Below, piece by piece: positions 6,799 to 16,713 of a stretch of 43,180 nt of DNA. The DNA lies in IMG/VR virus record IMGVR_UViG_3300002092_000076, positions 1 through 43,180 of that record; one strand, 5' to 3'. The translations under genes and the position numbers were made by a program. The notes under the pieces are model-generated. The model saw only the letters and a program-made list of their open reading frames with translations, was not told where the DNA came from and searched no databases. The DNA comes from a virus. Its lineage: Duplodnaviria > Caudoviricetes. How positions within the stretch are numbered: position 1 is the first letter of the stretch; each line of letters begins with the position of its first letter.

Positions 6799-8334
6799 GT
6801 GGCGTTAACTCGCAAGGATGCGCCTGTTCGCATGCTCCCGTTCAAGAAACTCACCGAGGTCCAGAAGGCTGTTCTGTTCGACGCAATAGTGACGAGACAG
6901 CTGCCGCTGGAGAAGATCGCCGCACTTAAGTGGCAGATGCAATGGGCTTCAACGGCGCGGGAGAAACAGGAGCCGCCCGAAGGCGAGTGGACGGAATGGG
7001 GGCTCTTGGCCGGACGGGGGTTCGGAAAGACGCTCACTGGCGCTCAGTGGATGGCGCATGAAGCGTATTACGATCCCCAAGCCTTCCCTTCCTTTGTTAT
7101 CGCCCCCACGCTTAACGACGTGCGCCATACGTGCTTCGAAGGACCCGCCGGGCTCCTACATATCCTGCCGCCGGAACTGATCCTGGACTACAACAAGACC
7201 AACCTGATTATCACAATGCTGACCGAGAGCGGGAAACCCGCCACGATCCGTGGGTTCTCGGCAGAGGAGCCGGAGCGACTGCGGGGGCCACAGGCATCCC
7301 GCCTCTGGTGCGATGAATTGGCGGCGTGGACGAAGGGCGAAGAGACCTGGGACATGGCCATGATGGGCTTGCGTCTCGGTCCCAGGCCGCAAGTGGTGTG
7401 GACGACAACGCCAAAGCCCAAGGACTTGGTGCGAAAGCTGGTCGCGCCGAAGGCGGGGCGCGTGATCACCAAGGGCTCGACATCGGAGAACCGGGCACAC
7501 CTGCCCACGTCGTTCTTTGAGCAGCTGAAGCAGTACGAGGGCACCCAGCTTGGGCGCCAGGAGCTTGAGGGCGAGCTTATCGACGCGGAAGAGGGCGGCA
7601 TCATAGCGCGCTCATGGTTCCGGCTCTGGCCCGCCAAGCGCGTGCTGCCGTCGTTCGACTGGATCATCATGTCGCTCGACACGGCGTTCACCGAGAAGAC
7701 GTTGGACAAGCGCACCCATACGGCTGACTCGACGGCTTGCACCGTGTGGGGCGTATTCTGGCACGAGGACAAGCGTCAGGTGATGCTGCTGGACTGCTGG
7801 GACGACCAGCTGGGGCTGCCGAACTTGATGGCGCGGGTGAAGAAGGAAATGAACGTCGCGTACGGCGACGACCAGGACCGGGCGGTGATCAAGCCATTGA
7901 TCGGGTCGTCGAAGATGGCGACGAGCGGACGCAAGCCGGACATCTTGCTGATCGAGGACAAGGGCAGCGGCATCTCTTTGCGGCAGATGCTCGATCGCGA
8001 GGGCATAACGGCATACGCCTACAACCCCGGTCGAGCGGACAAGTTGTCACGGCTGCACATGGTGTCGCATGTCTTTGCGCGAAAACAGGTGTGGCTACCG
8101 GAGAGTGAACGGCTGGCGGGTCGACCGAAGACGTGGGTCGAGCCTATGCTGGCGCAACTGTGCTCGTTCAGCGGAAGCGGGTCGATCAAGCATGATGATT
8201 ATGTCGACAGCTGCACTCAGGCTATTCGGCTGTGCATGGACAAAGGCTTACTGGAAGGAAAGCCGCCAAGGAAAAAGGGCGAGGAGGAGTACGTCCCCTA
8301 CAACAAGCCCATCGTCAATCCTTACGGAGTGTGA
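6799..8334 (+). CDS. terL: Terminase large subunit
   Basis: Walker A AGRGFGKT, Walker B LWCDE, LRGP, TTTP coupling motif, nuclease SLDTA...HDDYVD; start may be 6832. Confidence 0.95.
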   Translation: MALTRKDAPVRMLPFKKLTEVQKAVLFDAIVTRQLPLEKIAALKWQMQWASTAREKQEPPEGEWTEWGLLAGRGFGKTLTGAQWMAHEAYYDPQAFPSFVIAPTLNDVRHTCFEGPAGLLHILPPELILDYNKTNLIITMLTESGKPATIRGFSAEEPERLRGPQASRLWCDELAAWTKGEETWDMAMMGLRLGPRPQVVWTTTPKPKDLVRKLVAPKAGRVITKGSTSENRAHLPTSFFEQLKQYEGTQLGRQELEGELIDAEEGGIIARSWFRLWPAKRVLPSFDWIIMSLDTAFTEKTLDKRTHTADSTACTVWGVFWHEDKRQVMLLDCWDDQLGLPNLMARVKKEMNVAYGDDQDRAVIKPLIGSSKMATSGRKPDILLIEDKGSGISLRQMLDREGITAYAYNPGRADKLSRLHMVSHVFARKQVWLPESERLAGRPKTWVEPMLAQLCSFSGSGSIKHDDYVDSCTQAIRLCMDKGLLEGKPPRKKGEEEYVPYNKPIVNPYGV

Positions 8335-8336
8335 GT

Positions 8337-8365
8337 TTGCCCGTTTACACGCCTGATGTTATCAA
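8337..8365 (+). promoter_or_regulatory. Putative promoter for portal/head genes
   Basis: TTGCCC-N17-TATCAA with TG extension; GTTTACAC lies in the spacer. Confidence 0.4.
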
Positions 8366-8395
8366 TGCCGCCTCCCCGCCAAAGGACCGCGCCTG

Positions 8396-10957
8396 ATGGA
8401 AGACGAAGAGTTGCTCGACGACGCGGGTCCGCTGTACGGCGATGAGGATGTCATCGATACCGAAGACGGCGGCGCGATTGTTCTCATGGAGGACACGGAG
8501 CGTAAGCCGGGCGATAGCGAGTTCTATGATAATCTGGCTGAAGTGCTGCCGGAAGGCGACCTTAAGCGGCTGGCGACGACGTATCTGGAACTGATCGGTC
8601 GGGACAAGGAGGCGCGCAAGAAGCGCGACGAGCAGTACGAGGAGGGCATCCGTCGTACGGGGCTTGGGGACGACGCGCCGGGCGGCGCGCAGTTCCAGGG
8701 GGCGTCTCGGGTCGTGCATCCGATGCTGACGGAAGTCTGCGTGGACTTCTCGTCGCGAGCGATCAAGGAGCTTCTGCCCGCCGACGGGCCGGTCAAGACC
8801 CACATTGTGGGCGAGGCTACGCGCGAGCGGACCGACAAGGCGTGGCGCAAGGCCACGTTCATGAACTGGCAGCTGACGACGCAGTCGCAGGAGTTCCGGG
8901 GCGAGCTTGAGCAGCTTCTGACCCAGGTGCCGCTGGGCGGCGTGCAGTACATGAAGGTGACGTGGGACGAGAAGCGCAATCGTCCAAACTTCATGTTCGT
9001 GCCGATTGACGACGTGTACCTGCCGTACGCCGCGACAAATTTCTACACGGCGCAACGCAAGACGCATGTGCAGTACCTGACGACGCTGGACTACCAGCAG
9101 CGTGTCGACAGCGGCATGTACCGCGACGTGGACCTGATCTCGCCGGGGCAAGCGCCCGAAGGATCAGACGCCGAGCAGGCGAACAACAAGGTCGAGGGGC
9201 GCGAGGAGACCTCCTACAACGAGGACGGCCTGCGCACGGTGTACGAGATTTACACGTACGCCGAGATCGAGGACGACATCGGCGCTGCGCCGTACATCGT
9301 GACTGTCGACAAGAGCACGTCGCAAGTGCTGTCGATCTATCGGAACTGGTCTGAAGACGACGAGACGTACGAAGCGCTGCAGTGGATGGTCGAGTTCCCG
9401 TTCGTGCCGTGGCGCGGGGCGTACCCGATCGGCATCACGCACATGATCGGTGGCCTGTCGGCGGCGTCGACGGGGGCGCTGCGGGCGCTTCTGGACGCGG
9501 CGCACATCTCCAACTCGCAGACCATGCTGAAGTTGAAGGGTGGGTCGCGTGGCGGCCAGTCGCTCAACATCCAGCCGACGCAGGTGGAGGAGATCGAAGG
9601 CGGTCTGAACGTCGACGACGTGCGCAAGATCGCTATGCCGCTGCCGTTCAACCCGCCGTCGCAGGTGCTGTTCCAGCTGCTGGGGTTCCTGGTGGACTCC
9701 GGCAAGGGCGTCGTACGCACCACGCTCGACGACATGAGCGACACGAACCAGAACGTGCCGGTTGGCACGACGCTGGCAAAGATCGAGCAGGGCATGGTGG
9801 TGTTTAGCGCGATCCATGCGCGTCTGCACAACGCGATGGGCCACCTGCTGCGCATCATGCATCGTCTGAATGGGATGTACCTGGACGACGATATGGAGGC
9901 CGACGAGACGGGCTCCGTCATTGCAACGCGCAACGACTTTGAAGGGCCGATGGACGTGGTCCCGGTGTCGGACCCGAACATCTTCAGCGAGGCCCAGCGG
10001 TTTGCGCAGGTGCAGGCAGTGGCGCAGCGCGCGTCTCTGCTGCCGCAGCTGTACAACGTCCGCGAAGTCGAGGAGATGCTGCTGCGGACGCTGAAAATTC
10101 CGCAGTACAAGACGCTCCTGAACCCGCCGGTTGAGCCGCAGCACCAGAACGCCGTGGCCGAGAACGTGACGGCGTCGTTGGGCAAGCCGATCGTGGCGTT
10201 CCCCGAGCAAGACCACATCGCGCACATCAAGACGCACCTGGGCTATCTGATGTCGCCCGTGCTCGGCATGAGCAAGCTGATCGCACCGTCGTTCATTCCA
10301 GGGATGCTGAACCATCTGAAAGAGCACATCGCCATGTGGTACGCCTCGCAGGTGTACGCTCTGGGGACGCAGGCGGCGGGCGTGGACCTGGGCGATATGG
10401 CGCGGCAGGCGGCAGCTTCGGACAACGACGACGCCAAGCGCGAGTTCGACCGCGTGCTGGCTGAAGCCTCGCAGACCATCACCGAGCGCTCCGCCCAAGC
10501 GCTTCAGTTGCTGCCGCCGGTTATTGAGCAGGCTATGCAGCTGATGCAGCAGCTGGCTCCGCAGCCGCCGATAGACCCGAGCGTGGCGGTCGCGCAGGCC
10601 GAGACCAACCGACGGGCACAGGCGGATCAGGCGAAATCTCAGGTCGATATGGCGCGGCTGCAGATGGAGCAGCAGCGCGGGTCCGCTGAGGCGCAGGTTC
10701 GGGCGGCGCAGCTGCAAGCCGACCAGAACAAGGTTCTCATGGACGCGCGGCTGTCCGACGCGCAGCACGCGCAGGCGCTGCAGGTCGCCCAACTGCGCGA
10801 GCAGCATGCCGACGCCCGTGCTGCGGCGCAGGACCAGACCAAGCTTTCGATCAACGCCGCCGACAACCGCACCGCTGAGGAGATCGCGGCGGCGCAGATC
10901 GAGGCGGGCAAAGGCACGCACCTCTCTACTGGCACCGGCATCCACCCACAGGAGTAA
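8396..10957 (+). CDS. Portal protein with long coiled-coil C-terminus
   Basis: Directly after terL; 853 aa; VVHPMLTE, VPVSDPN and AFPEQDH motifs; Gln/Ala-rich tail resembling the P22 portal barrel. Confidence 0.85.
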   Translation: MEDEELLDDAGPLYGDEDVIDTEDGGAIVLMEDTERKPGDSEFYDNLAEVLPEGDLKRLATTYLELIGRDKEARKKRDEQYEEGIRRTGLGDDAPGGAQFQGASRVVHPMLTEVCVDFSSRAIKELLPADGPVKTHIVGEATRERTDKAWRKATFMNWQLTTQSQEFRGELEQLLTQVPLGGVQYMKVTWDEKRNRPNFMFVPIDDVYLPYAATNFYTAQRKTHVQYLTTLDYQQRVDSGMYRDVDLISPGQAPEGSDAEQANNKVEGREETSYNEDGLRTVYEIYTYAEIEDDIGAAPYIVTVDKSTSQVLSIYRNWSEDDETYEALQWMVEFPFVPWRGAYPIGITHMIGGLSAASTGALRALLDAAHISNSQTMLKLKGGSRGGQSLNIQPTQVEEIEGGLNVDDVRKIAMPLPFNPPSQVLFQLLGFLVDSGKGVVRTTLDDMSDTNQNVPVGTTLAKIEQGMVVFSAIHARLHNAMGHLLRIMHRLNGMYLDDDMEADETGSVIATRNDFEGPMDVVPVSDPNIFSEAQRFAQVQAVAQRASLLPQLYNVREVEEMLLRTLKIPQYKTLLNPPVEPQHQNAVAENVTASLGKPIVAFPEQDHIAHIKTHLGYLMSPVLGMSKLIAPSFIPGMLNHLKEHIAMWYASQVYALGTQAAGVDLGDMARQAAASDNDDAKREFDRVLAEASQTITERSAQALQLLPPVIEQAMQLMQQLAPQPPIDPSVAVAQAETNRRAQADQAKSQVDMARLQMEQQRGSAEAQVRAAQLQADQNKVLMDARLSDAQHAQALQVAQLREQHADARAAAQDQTKLSINAADNRTAEEIAAAQIEAGKGTHLSTGTGIHPQE

Positions 10958-10960
10958 GAC

Positions 10961-11098
10961 ATGACCCCCGCGCAAGACACCAAAGGCAAGCCCGTTCCGG
11001 CTGACGCTATTCGGCAGCACAAGAAGCTTGCGATGGGCAAGCCCGTCGATACGGGCGGCAAGATGGGCCAGGGCGCGTCAAAGCCGATGAAATGGTGA
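10961..11098 (+). CDS. Small basic protein (45 aa)
   Basis: Manual translation MTPAQDTKGKPVPADAIRQHKKLAMGKPVDTGGKMGQGASKPMKW; AGGAG RBS; fills the gap after the portal. Confidence 0.65.
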   Translation: MTPAQDTKGKPVPADAIRQHKKLAMGKPVDTGGKMGQGASKPMKW

Positions 11099-11289
11099 GG
11101 ATCGAGGCGCTGTTGAGGCTCCTGGAGGAAGAGCAAGTGAACCTTGCTAAGGAGGCGCTTCAACACCCCCAAGGCCGAGACATGTTCGACTACGGGCGTG
11201 CCGTAGGCCTCTACGCCGGGCTTACACACGCACGAGACCTGATCATCAACCTCGTGGCCGAGCGAGAACGGAAAGATTTTGATTTGTAA
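11092..11289 (+). CDS. Hypothetical protein (65 aa)
   Basis: ORF track; overlaps the previous stop; helical Y..AVG.Y.GL pattern typical of the gene between portal and GroES-like genes. Confidence 0.75.
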   Translation: MVRIEALLRLLEEEQVNLAKEALQHPQGRDMFDYGRAVGLYAGLTHARDLIINLVAERERKDFDL

Positions 11290-11307
11290 CAAGCATGGGG
11301 AGCACAC

Positions 11308-11733
11308 ATGCAGGAGATTGGTAACAAGATTGAGTTTGAGTACGGAACCCTCGACGAGGCGTTCCCGCCCTGCGATCCGGGCGTTCAGCCGTTTGGTTCG
11401 CGCGTCATGGTTCAGGTTCGCACGCCTAAGAAAAAGACCAAGGGCGGCATCATCCTGACCAGCGATGTACGCGAAACCGAACTGTGGAACACGCAAGTGG
11501 CCAAGGTTCTTGGCATGGGATCGCTGGCGTTCAAGAACCGCAACACGATGGAGCAATGGCCCGAAGGCTCGTGGTGCGCGGTAGGGGATTATGTTCGGGT
11601 GCCGCGTTACGGCGGCGACAAGTGGACGGTGAAGACCGCCGATGGCGACGAAGCCATCATCATCATCTTCAACGACCTCGACCTAGTGGGCAAGGTAGTC
11701 GGCGATCCGCTGGCTATCCGTGCCTTCCTATAA
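11308..11733 (+). CDS. GroES/Cpn10-like co-chaperonin
   Basis: QPFGSRVMV, mobile loop KTKGGIIL, VLGMG, VGDYV..RYGG. Confidence 0.85.
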   Translation: MQEIGNKIEFEYGTLDEAFPPCDPGVQPFGSRVMVQVRTPKKKTKGGIILTSDVRETELWNTQVAKVLGMGSLAFKNRNTMEQWPEGSWCAVGDYVRVPRYGGDKWTVKTADGDEAIIIIFNDLDLVGKVVGDPLAIRAFL

Positions 11734-11754
11734 GGCTGCAAAGGAGAGCCGGTC

Positions 11755-12642
11755 ATGGCAGGCAATGAACTGATTGAGAACGACGAAGACGAGGATGTCG
11801 TCGACGCCGCGCCGGAAGAGGGTGGGGAAGACGAGGAGCACGAGGACGCGCGCTTCTCCGAAGCCGACGACGGCGATGAACCGGAAGAAGAGGCTGGCGA
11901 AAGTCCGAAGCGCAAGAAGCGTCTGAAGCGGCGTCAGGTTCAGAAGATTGCGAAAGAGGCTGCGCAGCGCGAGCTTCAGCTGCTTCGCGAACAAAATGAA
12001 CTGATGGCGAAGCGGTTGGCGGCTGTGGAGGGCAACACCCTTCAGCAGAACATCGTCAACATCGACCAGCGTCTCAACGAAACCGCATCCGAGATTCAGC
12101 AGGCCGAGAACATCATGGCCCGCGCGATTGAGGCGGGCAATGGCGCGGATGTTGCGGCGGCGCTTCGTCTTCGCGATGACGCCCAAAAGCGGTTTCAGCT
12201 GCTTAACGAGGCCAAGCATCAAGTCGAGCGCGCCCAGACTGCCCCCGATACCACGGTGGCGACGTACGCGAAGCAGTGGATGGACGCTAACCCCTGGTAC
12301 AACCCAAAGGGCGTTGACGAAGCGAGCATTGCTACGAAAGCCATCGACGCCCGTCTGACAGCGGAGGGTTATGACCCCCGTTCGCTGGCGTACTGGACTG
12401 AACTGACGAGCCGGGTCTCCGCGCGTCTTGGTAAGGATGAAACGGTGAAGAAGTCCGAAAAGAAGAAGGCCCCGCCTATGGGCGGTACTCGTGAGCACGC
12501 CCCCCAATCTACCAAGAAAGAAGTGAGCGTGACACCTGAAAGAAAGCAGGCTATGATGGACGCTGGTATCTGGGATGACCCGGTTCGACGGGCAAAACAG
12601 ATCAAGGCGTATCAAGCCTACGACCGTAACTCGGCACGCTGA
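11755..12642 (+). CDS. Putative capsid scaffolding protein
   Basis: Acidic N-terminus, long coiled coil, WM..NPWY motif; located in the head module. Confidence 0.65.
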   Translation: MAGNELIENDEDEDVVDAAPEEGGEDEEHEDARFSEADDGDEPEEEAGESPKRKKRLKRRQVQKIAKEAAQRELQLLREQNELMAKRLAAVEGNTLQQNIVNIDQRLNETASEIQQAENIMARAIEAGNGADVAAALRLRDDAQKRFQLLNEAKHQVERAQTAPDTTVATYAKQWMDANPWYNPKGVDEASIATKAIDARLTAEGYDPRSLAYWTELTSRVSARLGKDETVKKSEKKKAPPMGGTREHAPQSTKKEVSVTPERKQAMMDAGIWDDPVRRAKQIKAYQAYDRNSAR

Positions 12643-12656
12643 AAGGAGTGAGCCAG

Positions 12657-13190
12657 ATGGAAGTAGATGAACGCCTTAAGAAGGAACTGGGTGCTAGTCG
12701 GCGCTCCCGCGCTATGGAAGACCGCGAGGTCACTGAGCGACGGGATATCAGCGAAGACGACAGGCTGCGGATGTTCCAACAGCAACTATTCAACGACGCA
12801 CTACCGGATTTGCCGGATATCCCCGGCTATCACGTGTGTTGGCTTACTACGACGAATCCCCGAGACAGCATCCATCGCCGGATGCAACTCGGGTACGAGC
12901 CGATCAAGGCGGAAGAGGTTCCTGGCATGGAATATGCCACGGCCAAAACCGGCGAATGGATCGGCTTCGTTGCGGTAAACGAGATGCTCGCGTTTAAGCT
13001 GCCCTTGTCCCTCTACCAGAGGTACATGCAGGAGGCTCACCACGACGCTCCCGCCCGCGAAGAGGGTAAGCTGGCTGACACCGCTGAGTTCCTGCGCGAG
13101 CAAGCTGAGCGGTCGGGAAGCACGATGTACGAGGGGGACGGTATTTCGGACCTGCGCCGTGGCAACCCCGCCCAGGGAATTTTTTCTTAG
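12657..13190 (+). CDS. Conserved head-module hypothetical protein
   Basis: AAAGGAG RBS; P.IPGYHVCWL...LGYEP motif. Confidence 0.75.
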   Translation: MEVDERLKKELGASRRSRAMEDREVTERRDISEDDRLRMFQQQLFNDALPDLPDIPGYHVCWLTTTNPRDSIHRRMQLGYEPIKAEEVPGMEYATAKTGEWIGFVAVNEMLAFKLPLSLYQRYMQEAHHDAPAREEGKLADTAEFLREQAERSGSTMYEGDGISDLRRGNPAQGIFS

Positions 13191-13226
13191 GCGGAACCCC
13201 GCAACCAACTCGGATGAGGTAAGACA

Positions 13227-13790
13227 ATGTCTACGTCTTCTGCCCCGTTCGGTCTGCAGCCCGCGTACTCGCCCAGCGGTGTGGTTCGTCCCACCGCCTT
13301 CACGATCGCGTCGGGTTACACCTCGAACATCTACGGCAACCAGCCCGTCAAGATTAACAGTTCTGACGGCACTCTGGTGGCTGCCGCCATCGGTGACGCG
13401 ATCATCGGCTCCTTCCAGGGCGTCGAGTTCACTGACACCGACGGTCGTCGTCGCGTTTCCAACAAGTGGACCGCCTCGACCTCGGCCACCGACATCGTTG
13501 CTTATGCTACGCTCGACCCGACCCTGGTGTACAACATCCAGGCGAACGGTCCTGTTGCGCAGAGCAACCTTGGGAACCAAGCGAACTTCACGACTGTCAC
13601 CGCTGGCAACAGCACCGTCGGTTACAGCCAAGTGATGCTTGACACCGCCACCCTGACGAACTCCGGCAACGCGACGATGCGCATTATCGGCATCACGCCC
13701 GGCCCGGACAACACTTGGGGCGACAATTACACCATCGTTCAGGTTCAGGTTTCTGAGCACCAGAACGTGGCCAACATTGCTGCGTACTAG
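13227..13790 (+). CDS. Virion structural protein (head decoration/minor capsid candidate)
   Basis: GAGG RBS; Thr/Ser/Asn-rich beta protein with APFGLQP start; immediately precedes the capsid gene. Confidence 0.65.
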   Translation: MSTSSAPFGLQPAYSPSGVVRPTAFTIASGYTSNIYGNQPVKINSSDGTLVAAAIGDAIIGSFQGVEFTDTDGRRRVSNKWTASTSATDIVAYATLDPTLVYNIQANGPVAQSNLGNQANFTTVTAGNSTVGYSQVMLDTATLTNSGNATMRIIGITPGPDNTWGDNYTIVQVQVSEHQNVANIAAY

Positions 13791-13804
13791 GGAGGGCTTG
13801 AGCA

Positions 13805-14719
13805 ATGGCTACGCCTATGCGTTCAACGGACTTCAGGTCCATTGTAGAGCCGATCCTGAACGAAGAGTTCAACGGCATTTACGAACAGCGCGCCGACGAG
13901 TGGGCTCAGGTCTTCCGGGAGTTCCAGGGTATCCCCCGGAACTACCACGAAGAGCCGGTCCTGTTCGGCTTCGGGGCTGCTCCTGAGCTGCCGGATGGCA
14001 TGCCCGTGACCTACCAGTCGGGCGGCGTGCTGTTCATTCAGCGCTACGTCTACAAGGTCTACGGTCTCGCCTTCGCGCTGACCAAGGTCCTGGTGGAAGA
14101 CGGCGATCACATCCGCATCGGTCAGACCTATGCGCGTCACCTCGCCCAGTCGCTGATCGAAACCAAGGAAACCCTTGGCGCCAACGTCCTGAACCGCGCT
14201 TTCAACGCCTCTTATCCGGGCGGCGATGGCGTGGCTCTCGTGGCGACGAACCACCCGATTGTCACCGGCACCCTGTCCAACCAGCTGTCGACTGCGGCCA
14301 ACCTGTCGCAGACCTCGCTGGAGCAGATGCTTGTCCAAATCCGTCAGGCCCAGGACAACAACGGCAAGCGCATCCGACTGACCCCGACCAAACTGGTCGT
14401 GTCGCCGTCAAACGTGTTCCAAGCCGAAGTGCTGCTGAAGTCGGTCCTCCGCGCTGGCACCGCAAACAACGACATCAACCCGGTGAAGAGCATGGGCCTG
14501 CTGGCTGGCGGTCAAGCCAACCTGTCGCGTCTGACCTCGAACACCGCTTGGTGGGTTGAGACCGATGCGCCGGAAGGCCTGAAGCTCGCCAAGCGCCGTG
14601 GTCTAGAAAAGAGCATGGAAGGCGACTTCGAGACGGACAGCATGCGCTATAAGTCCACTGAACGCTATGCGTTTGGATGGACGGACTGGCGCGGTGTCTA
14701 CGGCACCCAGGGCATCTAA
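13805..14719 (+). CDS. Major capsid protein (Mu gpT-like, HK97 fold)
   Basis: 304 aa; GGAGG RBS; GGDGVAL..TNHP and GDFETDSMRYK.TERY.FGWTDWRG.YG motifs; strong codon bias. Confidence 0.88.
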   Translation: MATPMRSTDFRSIVEPILNEEFNGIYEQRADEWAQVFREFQGIPRNYHEEPVLFGFGAAPELPDGMPVTYQSGGVLFIQRYVYKVYGLAFALTKVLVEDGDHIRIGQTYARHLAQSLIETKETLGANVLNRAFNASYPGGDGVALVATNHPIVTGTLSNQLSTAANLSQTSLEQMLVQIRQAQDNNGKRIRLTPTKLVVSPSNVFQAEVLLKSVLRAGTANNDINPVKSMGLLAGGQANLSRLTSNTAWWVETDAPEGLKLAKRRGLEKSMEGDFETDSMRYKSTERYAFGWTDWRGVYGTQGI

Positions 14720-14726
14720 CCGCAAC

Positions 14727-14750
14727 GGGCCGGGAGTTTTCTCCCGGCCC
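14727..14750 (+). terminator. Perfect GC hairpin after the capsid gene (terminator or stabilising stem)
   Basis: GGGCCGGGAG-TTTT-CTCCCGGCCC; no U-tract after the stem. Confidence 0.45.
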
Positions 14751-14770
14751 ACCGCTAACAGGAGGCCCGG

Positions 14771-15469
14771 ATGGGTAACATCTCGAACACCCGCTTTCCC
14801 TACGGGCTTACCAACGTCAGCGAGACCAACCTCTTCGCTGATCTGGTGCAGCCCGATCAAACCCTGTTCCACGAGTACTGGAACGACTTCAACACGTACG
14901 CTTCCGCCGACTGGACCGTCACCGCGACGGGCTCCACGACGCAAGCGCTTACGGCTGGCGACGGCGGCCTGCTGCTGATCACCAACTCGGCTTCGAACAA
15001 CGATGTCTGCTCGGTTCAAAAGAACCCGGCGGCCTTCGCGTTCACGGCGGGCAAGAAGGCGTTCTATCGCGCTCGGTTCCAGGTCAACGACGCCACCGCC
15101 TCGACGGTGATCGTCGGCGTGCAGAACACCAACACCGATCCGACGACCGCTACCGACGGGATTTACTTCTCGAAGGCGGCGGCTTCGACCTCGGTGTCGC
15201 TCATCTCGCGCCTGAACACCACTACCGGCTCCAAGACTGTGTCGAGCGTGGCCACTATGGCTAACGCCACGTACATCGAACTGGGCTGGTACTGGGACGG
15301 CAATAGCGTCCTGGCCTACGAGGTCAACGGCAATGTCGTCGGCTCGATCAACCCGTCCACGGGTTACATCCCGGACACCGTCGTCACCCCGACGTTCTAC
15401 ATCAAGAACGGCGCGGCGGCGGCCAAGACGATGACGGTCGACTACGTGTTCTTCGCCACCGAGCGATAG
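14771..15469 (+). CDS. Virion structural protein (beta-sandwich, decoration candidate)
   Basis: AGGAGG RBS; TRFPYGLTNV start; Thr/Ala-rich; follows the capsid gene. Confidence 0.7.
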   Translation: MGNISNTRFPYGLTNVSETNLFADLVQPDQTLFHEYWNDFNTYASADWTVTATGSTTQALTAGDGGLLLITNSASNNDVCSVQKNPAAFAFTAGKKAFYRARFQVNDATASTVIVGVQNTNTDPTTATDGIYFSKAAASTSVSLISRLNTTTGSKTVSSVATMANATYIELGWYWDGNSVLAYEVNGNVVGSINPSTGYIPDTVVTPTFYIKNGAAAAKTMTVDYVFFATER

Positions 15470-15480
15470 CGTGTTATAGG

Positions 15481-15517
15481 CTAGGGGCCGCGTTTAAATG
15501 CGGCCCCTAGTTCTCTT
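15481..15517 (+). terminator. Terminator-like hairpin
   Basis: CTAGGGGCCGCGT-TTAA-ATGCGGCCCCTAG followed by TTCTCTT; a TTCGCC-N17-TATAGG promoter-like site lies at 15452-15480. Confidence 0.6.
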
Positions 15518-15531
15518 CAAAGGGCACATAG

Positions 15532-15945
15532 ATGGCCGACGTTGTCACTTCTCAGACTGTTTTTGATGGTGACCGCATCGCCATCATGAAGTTCACCAAC
15601 GTGTCCGATGGCACGGGTGAAAGCGCGGTGATCAAGGTCACCCCCTCCAATCTCGCCAAGAACACTTTCGGGCTGGCGTGCAACGCCGTCAGCCTCGCGA
15701 AAATCCACGTCTCGATCAACGGGATGTCGGTGAACATTCTGTGGGGCGGCGCGTCCGCCGACACCCCCGCGTTCATCGCGGCTCCCGGTGTTTACACGTT
15801 CGACTTCACGCACCTTGCGCTGCCGGACAACGCCACGTCGCCGACGGGAACGATCAAGTTCACCACAATCGGCGCTGGAGCCAACAAGACGTACACCATC
15901 GTTCTGGAGATGGTTAAGCACTACACCCCTAACTACGGGACCTGA
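15532..15945 (+). CDS. Conserved virion-module protein (137 aa)
   Basis: MADVVTSQT..DG.R.AIMKFTNVSDGTGESAV...YTIVLEM.K pattern. Confidence 0.8.
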   Translation: MADVVTSQTVFDGDRIAIMKFTNVSDGTGESAVIKVTPSNLAKNTFGLACNAVSLAKIHVSINGMSVNILWGGASADTPAFIAAPGVYTFDFTHLALPDNATSPTGTIKFTTIGAGANKTYTIVLEMVKHYTPNYGT

Positions 15946-15950
15946 TACCG

Positions 15951-16418
15951 GTGTTTGATCTGTCCTTCGGCCAGCAAGCGGCTGACATAAACGAACAGAT
16001 CATGTCGGTGTTGCGCGGTATTCAAGCCGGGCAGCTTTTTGCTTCGCCTCCCGCCGCTGGCCCCGCGCCTTCCGCGCCGCCATCTCCAATGGGCGCGCCG
16101 CCATCTCCAATGGGCGCTCCGCCGCCTCCGATGGGCGCTCCGTCGCCGCTAGGCGCTCCCGTGGTTCCGGGCATGCCGCAAAGCGGCTTGTCGGTCGGCA
16201 ACAAGGCGCTGGGTCCGCCCGCGCTTCTGCCGCCGCCTGGGGGACCGCTGCTTGCCAAGCCGCAGTTCGCTGCGCTAGGCTCCGACCAGATGACCATGTC
16301 GCGCGGCGCGCCGTTCCAGGTGTCGCCTATTCGTCAGGCCCCTGGTCAGGTCATGGCTCCCAAGCCGTTCGCCAAGGGCGGACACGTCAAGGCTCTAGCT
16401 GTCAGGATGCGCGGATGA
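15951..16418 (+). CDS. Pro-rich low-complexity protein with C-terminal FAKGG motif
   Basis: ORF track; PPSPMGA repeats; ATGA overlap with the next gene. Confidence 0.65.
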   Translation: MFDLSFGQQAADINEQIMSVLRGIQAGQLFASPPAAGPAPSAPPSPMGAPPSPMGAPPPPMGAPSPLGAPVVPGMPQSGLSVGNKALGPPALLPPPGGPLLAKPQFAALGSDQMTMSRGAPFQVSPIRQAPGQVMAPKPFAKGGHVKALAVRMRG

Positions 16419-16711
16419 AGGGCTGGAAAGACACGACCCGCACGCACTATTCGACGGGCGGAGGCGCGTGGACGCGCAAAGAGGGCCAGAACCCGGAGGG
16501 CGGCCTGAACGCCAAGGGCCGCGCGTCTCTGCGTGCGCAGGGCCACGACATCAAGCCGCCGGTCTCCGCCAAACAAGCCGCGCAGTCTCCGAAAGCTGCC
16601 GCGCGTCGTAAATCGTTCTGCAGCCGGATGTCCGGCATGCCGGGGCCTATGAAGGACGAAAAGGGCCGTCCGACCCGCAAAGCCCTCTCACTCCGTAAAT
16701 GGGACTGCTAG
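16415..16711 (+). CDS. Small basic protein (DUF6321-like), putative internal head protein
   Basis: AWTRKEGQNPEGGLNAKGRAS...RRKSFCSRM...LRKWDC. Confidence 0.8.
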   Translation: MKGWKDTTRTHYSTGGGAWTRKEGQNPEGGLNAKGRASLRAQGHDIKPPVSAKQAAQSPKAAARRKSFCSRMSGMPGPMKDEKGRPTRKALSLRKWDC

Positions 16712-16713
16712 CC

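Noticed and set aside
9164-11020. 618-aa minus-strand ORF, and similar long antisense ORFs (e.g. 29119-30360, 32947-34269, 36533-38212)
   Set aside because: These are shadows of GC3-biased plus-strand genes, with Arg/His/Leu-rich translations and no motifs or RBS.
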